From Alloascoidea hylecoeti (taxonomy: Eukaryota): 60,233 nt of DNA. Shown here in pieces: positions 49,792 to 60,233 of the stretch (position 1 is its first letter; each line of letters starts with the position of its first letter). The notes beneath the pieces were generated by a model. That model saw only the letters and a list, made by a program, of their open reading frames with translations. It was not told where the DNA came from and ran no database searches. The stretch spans positions 682,001-742,233 of the forward strand of contig BCKZ01000002.1 of assembly GCA_001600815.1 (NCBI GenBank). The letters run 5' to 3'. The position numbers and the translations under genes were made by a program.

Positions 49792-51020
49792 CAAAATTCA
49801 GGGACACCACAAGAAGGGAAGAAAGAAGAGTGTCAAGAATACACAAAAATAAGAATAGAAAAAGAGGTTTTTATTTCACTATATATAGTAGAGAGTTCCT
49901 CAGAATTTACATAGTTTCTAGTTATATAATTTAATTGGAAAATATATGAAAAGTTAAAAAAAAAACCACAAATGAAGCGTTACAAAAACTGGTGGAAAAC
50001 CCAACAGGAGAAGATATCGAAAAAAGAATAAAAGACATGGAAGAAGAAAACATATCCAAATACTCGATTAAATCAATAAGTCAAAAGTGGTATAATAAAA
50101 ACAAAATTATATTGAAACCAAACAAATGGATGCAGTTAATTCCAAAACTAAAAGATGAAAATTGGAAGATATGGTGGGGATTTATCAAAGAAACATATAA
50201 GGAACACCCTGAAGAGACACAATGGATACATTTACTCAGCTTGGGATATGTTACTCATGCTACATCATAATAAAAATGCAAAACAATGGAGGCAAAAATC
50301 TGATATTTGTAGTTTATGTCAACAAGGTAAAAACGACATATTATTTGAAGATTGCTCAACAATAAGAGTACTAAAGAAGATGATGTTAGGAAGAGAAAGA
50401 ATTGGGATCAAATTATTGATCATAAATACAAAAGAAAACAATATAGAAAAAAATGGGGCTTTTATCAAAAAGGCTCTAGAGCTAAGAAATATAAAACTAT
50501 CGGATCCAAATACCATAATGGAAGGACAAATGGGAAAATACTTAAGACCCAACAAATCCAGAATTAATCAAAGATTTAGGGATTTGGAGAGTGAGGAATT
50601 ATCAAATAATTCAATAATAAAAAATAATAAAAAATTTTATGAGAGTGAAAGCATAATACTAAAACCGAATTATTAGTTGACAAAATCTCCGGATCTAAAG
50701 GATAATTGGAAACAGTGGTGGAATCAAATAAAAAAGAGCTTACAAAAGAGATCCAGAAGAAACACAATGGGTCCATCTTTTCAGCTTAAGTTATGTGAAA
50801 CATATGTTACATGCCAACAAAAATGCGAAAGAATGGTGGCACAAATCAGATATTTGTAGTCTTTGTCAAAATGGGAAAGGTGATATTAATCATATTTTTG
50901 AAGAGTGTAATACAGTGAAAATTCTAAAAAAGAAAATACTAGAAACAATTGATATCAAAAATCTGATAATAGATGGAAAAAATATAAAAAAGAAAGGCCT
51001 CTTCATCACAACGTATCCGT
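49792..51020 (+). mobile_element. Stacked truncated L1-like non-LTR retrotransposon ORF2 3' fragments
   Basis: A 3' stub ending in poly(A) at 49956..49965, then two diverged copies of a C-terminal region with a CCHC finger (CSLCQNGKGDINHIFEEC; degenerate CSLCQQGKNDILFEDC), frameshifted. Confidence 0.7.
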
Positions 51021-52190
51021 GAAACTCCAATGTCAAATAATAGTACCTCACACAGAAAATCGACAAACCTTCAAGACCGATTCATAACATTCAACATAAA
51101 ACCAAAAGGGTAAAAGTGGTTAGTAATGTAAAATAAAAGGAAACTCCCATTTTGAACAATGGCAATAAAAACGACCGTAGTAGTGAATTACTAAATAAAA
51201 TAACTGCCGTTACTCCAAAGGATCCCAAATCTCAAAATACCTTTACTGTGTTAGTACATGATATGGTTAGAAACCAATTCAAAAACAAAAATACAGTTAC
51301 AAGTAATGGATCATCTAATACTTTACCAAACGAGGCTTTGCATAAGGTCAGAACCCTAACTACCTCGCAAAATCTATGGTCAAATGATCTGGAAACAGAA
51401 GAGGATCCCCCAAATTTAAACACTCAGATTTCAATTGAATAATCATTTGAAACAGCACCCAGCCTGTTCCAATTCACAGTCGCTTCTAAATCAGACGATG
51501 TAGTGGAGGGTACAACAAATTAAAAATCTTATCATGTCTGAAACAACAAATTTAAAATATGAACTTATCAATATACGCACAAAAAATATAACATCAATGA
51601 TTGAGGAATCTCGTAGAGATGCAATCATCAACTAATATATTTTCAATCATAAAATAAATATCAATTTTTTACAGGAGACACGTATTGCCAAACACGTTAT
51701 CCCAGATCTTAAAGAAAGGTTATCATTTTCTAATATTCATTCTTATTTAGATCATGAGTGCTTAGCTTCAATATTTATTAAAGAAAGTAATCACATTTCT
51801 ATTCTACCAACGCAATATTCAATTAGACAGTTTTCTCCACTCCTTGCAGCGCGTATTATGGATGCAGCTGCCAAAATGGGTAATATTCGAATTCGGTTGA
51901 TAAATATGCACCAGTTCAATATAAGGAAAGAATAAACTTATTCACGAAGATTATAAATTAGATTCGGTTCCACCCAAAATAGTGTATGATCCATCCATAC
52001 CTTCTTTGAAAGCACTCTTAGATACTTATGGATTAAGAGATGTTTATCGAACAAACAATATAACCAGCATACAAGTCACAAACAAAGTACCATTGGTAGC
52101 GTATGCAGACGTTTAGATAGATTTTATGATAGTTATTCACTTTATCAAAATGCAATAAGGATGAAATTCACTGACTATCAGTTTTCAACT
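51020..52190 (+). mobile_element. Non-LTR retrotransposon fragment: possible ORF1 tail plus disrupted APE endonuclease
   Basis: From ATG 51534: INIRTKNITS...INFLQET (stop at 51633), then YGLRDVYR and RRLDRFY (52107..), in the motif order of L1-type AP endonucleases. Confidence 0.7.
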
Positions 52191-52978
52191 CTTTTTTTTT
52201 TTTTTTTTACTTTTTTATAGATTTTTATAATTTATAATAAAATGATAAAGTTAAAACGTAAGTACAGAACCTTGACGGTACAACAATGTCTATTTTGTAT
52301 TTATTTATATCTAAGAATCAGTTTCCATCGTTCAATATTTACTAAATGAACAATAGCATCTGAGTCTATTTTGAGAGTTCACATGAGTTGAATCTTCTGT
52401 TTACTCGCATCTGCCATAAAATCTCTGAAATTAGGCTTAGCTCATAAAGGAGTTATTTTTTTTTTTCAAGTGGCCATTAAGGCTCTATATTAAACTGCTT
52501 TTTCTATAAATACTATATTTATAACAACCAAAAAATTGTGAAAATAAAAAGACCTATTGCTAGGCAAAAATACCTATTACTAATGTTATAGGTTCACTCT
52601 TTTTTGAGTAATGTTGTTACATTTTATAGTATTATTGCCACCATTTCCAACTTCTTACAATCAATACGAATAAAGGATGTAATATTTATACATCTTTGCT
52701 CTTTTTCTTTTTTTGTCCATAGCACCTAAGTGATTCAGAACAAAGCTTTGTGGAGTCCCTTTCAATCATTTTACACCATTGTGATACTGATAAACTATTC
52801 TCCTGTTGTTAATATCTTCTGTGATATTCTCTAACCAAGAAAACGGTTACTGCCCTTTATTAATTCTTTTCTTTCCTTATGATTAAAATCAAGAAAAGAT
52901 TTCACTTCAATTTCCTTTTTGGTTATAGGACCATATTTTCTTCATAATTTCACATGTAGAGATAACATAAAAAATTGA

Positions 52979-53059
52979 CGACACCAGCAGGACTCGAACC
53001 TGCGCGGGAAATCCCAAAAGATTTCTAATCTTTCGCCTTAACCGCTCGGCCATAGTGCC
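52979..53059 (-). tRNA. tRNA-Ser(AGA), second identical copy
   Basis: Sequence identical to 49659..49739, with its own oligo-T terminator. Confidence 0.97.
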
Positions 53060-53117
53060 TAATTTGCTATTTTCTTTTCTAGAAAGTCTTTTTATTAGAT
53101 GTCACGTAAGTTTGGAT

Positions 53118-53580
53118 TTCACTATATGAAAAGTTAAAAAAAAAAACTGGTACCAAAACTGACAAATGAAGCGTTACAAAAACTGGTGGAAAACCCAGCA
53201 GGAGAAGATATCGAAAAAAGAATAAAAGACATGAAAGAAAAAAACATATCCAAATACTCGATTAAATCAATAAGTCAAAAGTGGTATAATAAAAACAAAA
53301 TTATATTGAAACCAAACAAATGGATGCAGTTAATTCCAGAACTAAAAGATGAAAATTGGAAGATATGGTGGGGATTTATCAAATAAACATATAAGGAACA
53401 CCCTGAAGAGACACAATGGATACATTTACTCAGCTTGGGATACGTTACTCATATGCTACATCCTAACAAAAATGCAAAAAAATGGAGGCAAAAATCTGAT
53501 ACTTGTAGCATATGAGTAACATATCCCTAGTTATATAATTTAATTGAAAAATATATATGAAAAGTTAAAAAAAAAGAAAA
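53118..53580 (+). mobile_element. Truncated L1-like fragment with 3' UTR and poly(A)
   Basis: 53162..53508 is near-identical to 49968..50312. It ends in CTAGTTATATAATTTAATTG..ATATGAAAAGTT(A)n, the same tail as at 49918..49965. Confidence 0.7.
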
Positions 53581-53591
53581 ATTCAAGCAAA

Positions 53592-53853
53592 GTCGTGCAT
53601 ACTGATTAGCAACCACTCTTAATCGTTCTAGCGGCCTAGGTTCGATTCTGGTACGCGACAAAAGATTTGGGAATTAGCACATACAAATAAAGACTATTAG
53701 ACGTTTGTCATCTTGGCTGAGAAGCTATCACTAGAGTGCTTGCGGTGAAAAAATCTGGGGGTTTTTAGTGGGTACAGCGCGGGGGTCCTGGGTTTATCCA
53801 GAAGGGTTGAATCTCCACACTGTCGTCTTACTAGTGCAAGACTTCGAAAAAAA
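53592..53853 (+). other. Degenerate tRNA-like head with GC-rich body and A-run (SINE or tRNA-pseudogene candidate)
   Basis: GTCGTG..CGCGAC-A acceptor-like pairing (53592..53660) and B-box GGTTCGATTC at 53639. No proper D or anticodon arm. Confidence 0.35.
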
Positions 53854-54061
53854 CAAGGACGCGATTAAATGCAATATTATCTATAGTACCTCCTTAACAA
53901 AAGACAGACTAGATATTTTTATCGTAATAATGACAAGATTTGCATAAACAATGGTATCAGCGAAATAAAATATGTTAAATGAGTAATTCCAGTACCGAGC
54001 AGGTAAACACCATCACTAACCAACCATCAAGTTTTGTTTACTGCCATAATAAAAATATATA

Positions 54062-55987
54062 ATGGACAATTTAGTTGATACAGGGCTTCTTGATGCGACT
54101 TATGAACTTTCTGAACATCTTGACCATGAAATCAGAAATATACCCATCAACTATAATCCTCTTTCTGAAGAATTAGAAGGAGCTGTTATCCGTGTTATAG
54201 TAGACAGATGGGTTTCAAACTCTTCTCTTCAAAACCATCCTCAGCTTCATTTAATAGTGGAACTTTCAGCAAAAAACTTACTATACCAATACTCAAAAGA
54301 TCTTAAAGATGATCGAAATACACAAATCACTCTTATTACGATCTTGTTAGATGTGATGGCATTTATAGCTTCACAAGGACTGGCTGAAACATCTCTCCCC
54401 CATTTATTAATTGAAGAATTATTTGATGTGCAAGTCATTAGCTGGTGTCAAACTTTCTGGAGTTATTTAGAATCTCGTGTATCGACATTGGCATCCAATA
54501 TAATAGGAACTAGGGCTCCAGGAACAGTATTAATTCGACTCTGTAATGCTCTACTGCGAAGGCTTTCAAAGAGTCGTGATGCTGTTTTTGGTGGTAAGAT
54601 TTTAATCTTTTTAGCAAATGCTTTTCCTCTAAGTGAAAAATCCGGTTTAAATATCAGAGCTGAATTCAACGTTGAAAATAAAGCAATTTTGGAAGATGAT
54701 ACAGAATCAACTGAAACCAAAAACTTAACATCTGAAGAAAAAGAACAAAAAAAAATATATCAAGCTTTTTGGTCACTACAATCATTATATAGAGATCCAG
54801 TTAGTATTTTCGGTTCAGATGAGTTATTACAACAATTAAAAGAGAAAATGACTTTAGTTATTGAAACTATAACAAATGCTGAAAAAAGTATTGCTGTTCA
54901 AAATAATAAATTACATTCTATAAATTCTTCAACTGACCAAAATAGAAATGAAAAAGAATCAAAAGAGGATGAAGAATCAACTGGTGAAAATATAATAAAT
55001 GATGTTCGATTAACTTCAAGTAAACTTTTCGATTTACAACTTAAAGATAGAACGTTTAGAAGAGTTTTTCTCTGTCAAACATTAATAATTGTCGAATTCT
55101 TTCTAAGTCTTACAAAAGAAAGAAGGGAAGCTGTCGAAAAATTACTCCCACCAAAGAAAACTCATAAATGGTCATTTATACTCCCAGAAGATGATAAAAA
55201 GTTCTTTGAAAAAATAAAATATAAACTTGGAAAACACTCACCAATTGATACAGATGCTCCATTTGCACGAACTTTATCAACAATAATTCAACGTGATGAA
55301 AATTGGCAAAACTGGAAATTGAAGCAATGTCCATCTTTTGAGTTAGGATGTCTTCCATCTTCTGAATACACAACTGCGAAGGCCAAACTAGAAACATTCA
55401 AACAGTCAAAGAGACCCTTTTGGATTAAGATGGGATCAACACCTCTCTCAAAGGTATGGAAAAAAGAACATGGGCTTGAGTTGCTCGTTACTCCGTTTCA
55501 ACCAAAAACAGCAGCTCAATATAACGATGAAATTATAAAATTAGAAGAAAAACTGAAAAATGATGATATTAGTTCCGATGATAAGGTAAAGTACGAAAAT
55601 TTAATTTCATTAAATACATGGAGAGGATTACGAAGTTATAGAACGGAAAACTGGATGGAATTTGGAAACTTTACTCGTAAAACAGGTCTTAAAGGTTTAT
55701 TCAATCCAGAATTAGCTATAGCAGAGAGGAAAGTTGCTCGAGCTGCATCCCCTACCGAAACCCAACAAGCTTCAAGTGATAGTAATAATAATGGTAATCT
55801 CAATGAAAATGAAAAACCATTGCCATCTAGTCCACCTAAAGAATTGAAATCTGAGCCAAATCAATTAGATAATTCCAATGGGGAATATACTAATTCTGCA
55901 GACTCTAACGAAACACCATTAAAAAGAAAGCTTAGTAGCGGAGAAGCAAATGAACTCAAAAGATTACGACCTTCGATCAGTGATTAA
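54062..55987 (+). CDS. HPR1: THO complex subunit Hpr1/THOC1
   Basis: LIEELFD...CQTFWSYLESR, LIRLCNALLRRLSK..DAVFGGKILIFLANAFPLSEKSGLN.RAEFNVEN, LFDLQLKD.TFRR, RDENWQNWK. Confidence 0.9.
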   Translation: MDNLVDTGLLDATYELSEHLDHEIRNIPINYNPLSEELEGAVIRVIVDRWVSNSSLQNHPQLHLIVELSAKNLLYQYSKDLKDDRNTQITLITILLDVMAFIASQGLAETSLPHLLIEELFDVQVISWCQTFWSYLESRVSTLASNIIGTRAPGTVLIRLCNALLRRLSKSRDAVFGGKILIFLANAFPLSEKSGLNIRAEFNVENKAILEDDTESTETKNLTSEEKEQKKIYQAFWSLQSLYRDPVSIFGSDELLQQLKEKMTLVIETITNAEKSIAVQNNKLHSINSSTDQNRNEKESKEDEESTGENIINDVRLTSSKLFDLQLKDRTFRRVFLCQTLIIVEFFLSLTKERREAVEKLLPPKKTHKWSFILPEDDKKFFEKIKYKLGKHSPIDTDAPFARTLSTIIQRDENWQNWKLKQCPSFELGCLPSSEYTTAKAKLETFKQSKRPFWIKMGSTPLSKVWKKEHGLELLVTPFQPKTAAQYNDEIIKLEEKLKNDDISSDDKVKYENLISLNTWRGLRSYRTENWMEFGNFTRKTGLKGLFNPELAIAERKVARAASPTETQQASSDSNNNGNLNENEKPLPSSPPKELKSEPNQLDNSNGEYTNSADSNETPLKRKLSSGEANELKRLRPSISD

Positions 55988-56593
55988 TCCAAAATGATAT
56001 TCAAAGTTGTAACATAAGTTATATTCTTCACATGAAAAATATTATCATAAAAGTTATGCTAGTGTAAACGAACATTCTATATCTAATCTACCCCATAAAT
56101 ACGTTATGATTAATTTAAACTTGAGAGCATTCGATTATATGCTAATTAGAATTCGAAGTTCCAGATAATTATAGCATTCAAATATAACTTATAAGTTAAA
56201 TTAATTCAGGTGACCTACACTTTTAAATTTGTACAAGTAATGCCAGGCATACTACGATCCCGCTGTAATTTATACTGTATTCGTGTGTTGCTTTCATTAC
56301 ATGCACTTAGATTGTATTTATAACCATAGTAAAAGGGTTATAAGTATAAAAAATCAAGGTACCAATTGGAAGGTTAACTTCAGTAATAACAAATACAAAG
56401 ATATTAGTTTTTGGATTTCCGTATAATCGTGCTTTTGATGTTACCATTGCAGAGATTTAAAAATAGTGTTATCTATTAACATTCATGAACCGCAATAGCA
56501 GTTGGTATAAGATTCTATACCTGTATCTTATATATTATATAAATATGCAATTTTATCCAATAAATAAAAAAAAATGAAACCAATTAAAATGTA

Positions 56594-58195
56594 TCATATC
56601 TCTAAGGGTGTAGCACTTAAATCTTGGTTAATTCGGAATGGTTTATCTCTCCAAAGTACCGAACTTCCTCCAAATAATGATAATATCCAAATTGGAAGTG
56701 CTAATACTTCCCTCAGCAACCATGTTGGAAGCCAATATTTTAAGGGCCTTAATCCATAATAACTTTCCTCATTATTACTTGAATTTATGTTTTCAAATCT
56801 TTTGTTGGCATCAAACCGTTTTACCAAGAAATACGGTGGATTCATCGTTTTTTCAACATTGTAAAACGACATTAACATATTAAATTGACAATAATCACTT
56901 ATACACCAAATTGTCATGTGTAAAAGAAAATACCACCATCTCCAATATCCATTAAGAAACAAAAAACTAAATGAAACGGATCCCATTATACCACTAACAA
57001 TAGATTCTGTTGTTGGTTCGACCAAAGTGGCGACAGTCACCATATATTTTCTTATTCGAAGCCATCTAACTCTTCTATTGAAATAGGCAGATAATCTAAG
57101 CGACCCAACAGGTTGAATTACAGAATCTGTTGTCATTGCAGTCCTACCTCCAGTTTTCCATAATACTTCTGAAATCATATGATCTTCACCAATAAATCTT
57201 GCGAAAAATCTAAGTCCTTTACCCTTTTGTCCATAAACTTTTGCATCCGGATCTGATAATGTGCTAACAGCCTCGTCTAACTCAGATCTTTCATACATAT
57301 TTGATTTTCCCATGATACATGGGGCAATCGCAACAGTATTTATAGCTTTATAAAATTTGCAATGTGATGTTAGTAAATACATTTCATCAAGTTTGGACCC
57401 TAACGATTCTCTACCAAACGGAACAATCGATGTAGCAAGTGGAAGATGATGTAACAGTTTGATGGGATGCTTTCTTCGTTTATAATTATCATCGAAAACA
57501 TCAACCGACCTTCCTAGGGTTCCTGGAGCAATCCATACATTAGAGTCTAAGACCCAAAGTAGGTCATATTTGGCCATTTCATAACCTTTTGCAAGATTAT
57601 TGATTTTAGGATTAGGGCCGTATCGTTCAGTTCTATTTCCAATTAATAAAGTTGAGTCCACATTCGGATATTTTTCTCTCAATTCTCGTATGACCTCGAT
57701 TGCAGGATCATCTTCATCTTCTACACAAAATATTATCTCAAAGTTTGAATTGGAGTATTTTTGAAGAAATGCGCTTTCTAAACAATATTCCATCTCTGTA
57801 TCGATACCCTTTAAAGGACGTAATATGGTAACACAAGTTGGATTAGGTAGTTTTGCTGATTTGGAAACATCGAAATGTGAATATGTTGTAGCACTGGAAA
57901 AAAACAGGTTAATTCATATCAATTCCTGTTCAGCAAAGAGAATAAATACATACATTTGCCAAGTTCCTATGCTTGCCACAATCACTATTACCAGATACCA
58001 TATGAAAATGATGACAATAAGGACAAATATCCACCCAGGAGTTTCATTGAACTCTTGAAAACTGCTGATACCTTGTCCCGCATATTCCGAACCACCTGAT
58101 TTTATAGATTCAAGTTTATTTGAGTTATAAAAGTTCTGATAGGGAGAACATAAACACGTTCCGGCTAATATCAAAAGCCAAATAAAGCTACTCAT
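56594..58195 (-). CDS. HSX11: Ceramide glucosyltransferase (GT21, GCS1/HSX11); join(57954..58195,56594..57893)
   Basis: VTILRPLKGID, GPNPKINNL, LWVLDSNV, GEDHM, RRVRWLRIRKYM. A GTATGT..CAG intron at 57894..57953 keeps the frame. Confidence 0.9.
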
Positions 58196-59033
58196 ACTAT
58201 GCACAGGTAAAAGAAGACTGTAAAAATAGGTGCAAAATCAAATCTTAAGATCAAATGGTATAACAATGTGCAAGTATAAGTATTAATGATGCTTGTCTTA
58301 GGGTCTAACCATGAAATAGACAAAGTCAAAATGAGACTTTTAGTCGACGTTTAAGTATGCGAATAGTAAGTTGTATTCAAAGTATAATTATGGGAATATA
58401 ATAAGGAATTTAAATTTTTCGCTGTTAATTATAAAAATCGCTGTTAATTATAAATTTCAAAGATGGTTTTCCAAAAATGAAATCGTTCTCTATTTTACTC
58501 TATGGCGTATTGTTCTACCATGTAAACTGCATATATCCGGTTTACCTATTTACTCAGAACAACCTAATTAATTATTGAAGAGACCAACTTCCTTCAAGAG
58601 AAATTATTCTCCGATATTCCTTCCTTCCCTACCTGACATAACATTTACATAAAAATAAGAACAATGTTTATTAATTCCCATGTGAGGTGTTACCTCACTA
58701 GCTAGAGGATAATACATGGCCATGACAGCATTTGTACTTCTATAGATCAGCCTGAAACGAAATTTAAAGAAAGAAATTCACATAAAAAGTTTTATATTTT
58801 GCTATATAACATTTTTCATTTATATAACAGATGATATAAAATACTCCAAAATAAACTCACAGCCCGTTATTTCCTCACAAAATGAATCCAAAAAGAATCC
58901 TTCATGCAAAGATACTAAGATTTTAAAACGAACTGATCATACAAAAACAAATATTTCAAAAAAAAGTTATATTAATAGTATTATCAAAAGACAATATAAT
59001 CAATACAGTATATTTCTTAATTGTACTCAATTT

Positions 59034-60233
59034 TTAAAGAAAGAATACAATAATTGCCAATGCAGTAAACATTGCACCATAAGAACAATCAATTTGTCCT
59101 GCAGATGCATCTTCAGCTCTCTTAATAACAGGAGCATACGTATAAGTAGCTGATGTCGAAGCATAGGAAGAATCATTACCTTGAGAAAGTTGATAATTAC
59201 TATCATTGTTATACAAATCGTAGGTCGTAGTCACTACTGGAATTGATACATTTTCATAAATGGCTGTTGAGGTGACAATACTAGAGTTCAAAAACAATCC
59301 AGAGCTAGCAGTTAATGAAGCAACATCACTTGGAAGAATGGTAGTTATACCTGTCGTAAACAATGTCAAAGTAGTTGGGGTTGAAACTGTATAAACTGAA
59401 TCACCTACCGTTAAGGTGGTAGCTTCAGAAACAGCAGTAGTATAGGCACTAACTTCATACATAACCGTCGCTCCTTCAGTTGCACTAACCTCACCAGTAC
59501 CAAAGATCGATGTAGAAGCATATTCAACAGCACTTGAAGCAGATGCAGAAACAACTGCAGCAGATTCAGATACACCAGTTGAAGCACCAGTAGTAATAGT
59601 AACATAAGCAGTTGAGACTACAGTAACAGGAACACTAGTAGTAACAGCAGCAACAGAAGTGGATAAAGTACTAGATGAAAATGTTAATGTAGTTGGTCCT
59701 GTAACAACAACTGTAGAACTCTCGTGTGTTAAAGTAGTAGCATATGGACAGTAGGTAGTGTAAGCGGTGACAACTTTTCGAACAGCAGTGGAATATGAGA
59801 CGGTAGAAACATCAGAAACATATGTCGATACAGATGATGAAACGATAATACCGGAAACTTCAGCACCATTACCAGCGGATAATGAGGCGTAATCATTAGA
59901 TGATCCATTGGATGATGAACCGCTAGAAGACGATCCACTAGACGAAGAACCACTAGACGAAGAACCACTAGACGAAGAACCACTAGAAGATGATCCACTA
60001 GACGATGATCCACTAGAAGATGAACCACTGGATGATCCACTAGATGAAGAACCATTGGATGAAGACTCATTTGAAGATGAACTAGAGGCAGAAGCAGCAA
60101 CAGCAGCAACAGAGGAATCATTTTTACCTGCAGTAACAGTAACAAAAGCAGTAGATACATAAGTGACTGGTGAAGAGCTTGTAGCTAAAACAACACTTGA
60201 ACTTAAACCAGTTGATGACAATGTAAGAGTAGT
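59034..60233 (-). CDS. Ser/Thr-rich cell-wall/adhesin-like protein, probably GPI-anchored (5' end lies beyond the window)
   Basis: Ser/Thr/Val-rich, YTTYCP flocculin/Sed1-type motif and hydrophobic C-terminus. The frame stays open to the window edge. Confidence 0.75.
   Translation of the reverse strand, partial: TTLTLSSTGLSSSVVLATSSSPVTYVSTAFVTVTAGKNDSSVAAVAASASSSSSNESSSNGSSSSGSSSGSSSSGSSSSGSSSSGSSSSGSSSSGSSSSGSSSSGSSSNGSSNDYASLSAGNGAEVSGIIVSSSVSTYVSDVSTVSYSTAVRKVVTAYTTYCPYATTLTHESSTVVVTGPTTLTFSSSTLSTSVAAVTTSVPVTVVSTAYVTITTGASTGVSESAAVVSASASSAVEYASTSIFGTGEVSATEGATVMYEVSAYTTAVSEATTLTVGDSVYTVSTPTTLTLFTTGITTILPSDVASLTASSGLFLNSSIVTSTAIYENVSIPVVTTTYDLYNNDSNYQLSQGNDSSYASTSATYTYAPVIKRAEDASAGQIDCSYGAMFTALAIIVFFL
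59905..60065 (-). repeat. 15-bp coding minisatellite (SSSGS repeats)
   Basis: Repeated CCACTAGACGAAGAA-type units. Confidence 0.85.

Noticed and set aside
49551..49914. ORFs overlapping the tRNA gene (49551..49757 minus, 49579..49914 plus)
   Set aside because: Shadow translations of the tRNA-Ser gene; only the far end may be a LINE stub.
59905..60065. Regular short repeats resembling an array
   Set aside because: Coding SSSGS minisatellite with no spacers; not CRISPR.
577..60162. Numerous 60-140 aa antisense or alternate-frame ORFs inside larger genes
   Set aside because: Shadows of real coding sequences with no independent support.

Overview
AT-rich eukaryotic DNA from an intron-containing budding yeast (Saccharomycotina; CTG falls at conserved Leu positions, so the standard code applies). 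It holds about 21 protein-coding genes, many needing splicing that the ORF track misses: HGT1-like and MAL-family sugar transporters, a DHX57/YLR419W-like helicase, an SCH9-like kinase, MNL1, two Zn2Cys6 factors, a Myb/SANT-like protein, an atypical ornithine-aminotransferase-like enzyme, MCH1, ATG13, a 2-hydroxyacid dehydrogenase, a LETM1-like protein, SCT1/GPT2, SPT20, AFI1, YRA1, a hidden 5-exon 109-aa gene, HPR1, glucosylceramide synthase and a partial cell-wall protein. There are two identical tRNA-Ser(AGA) genes. The intergenic gaps carry decayed mobile elements: a Helitron RepHel relic (about 1.9-2.85 kb), a Tc1 relic (about 31.2-31.9 kb) and a MITE/hAT-like island (44.3-44.6 kb). The strongest signal is a stack of L1-like non-LTR fragments starting about 50-60 bp upstream of both tRNA genes, followed by a tRNA-headed SINE-like candidate. 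All calls come from reading motifs by eye; no database search was run.
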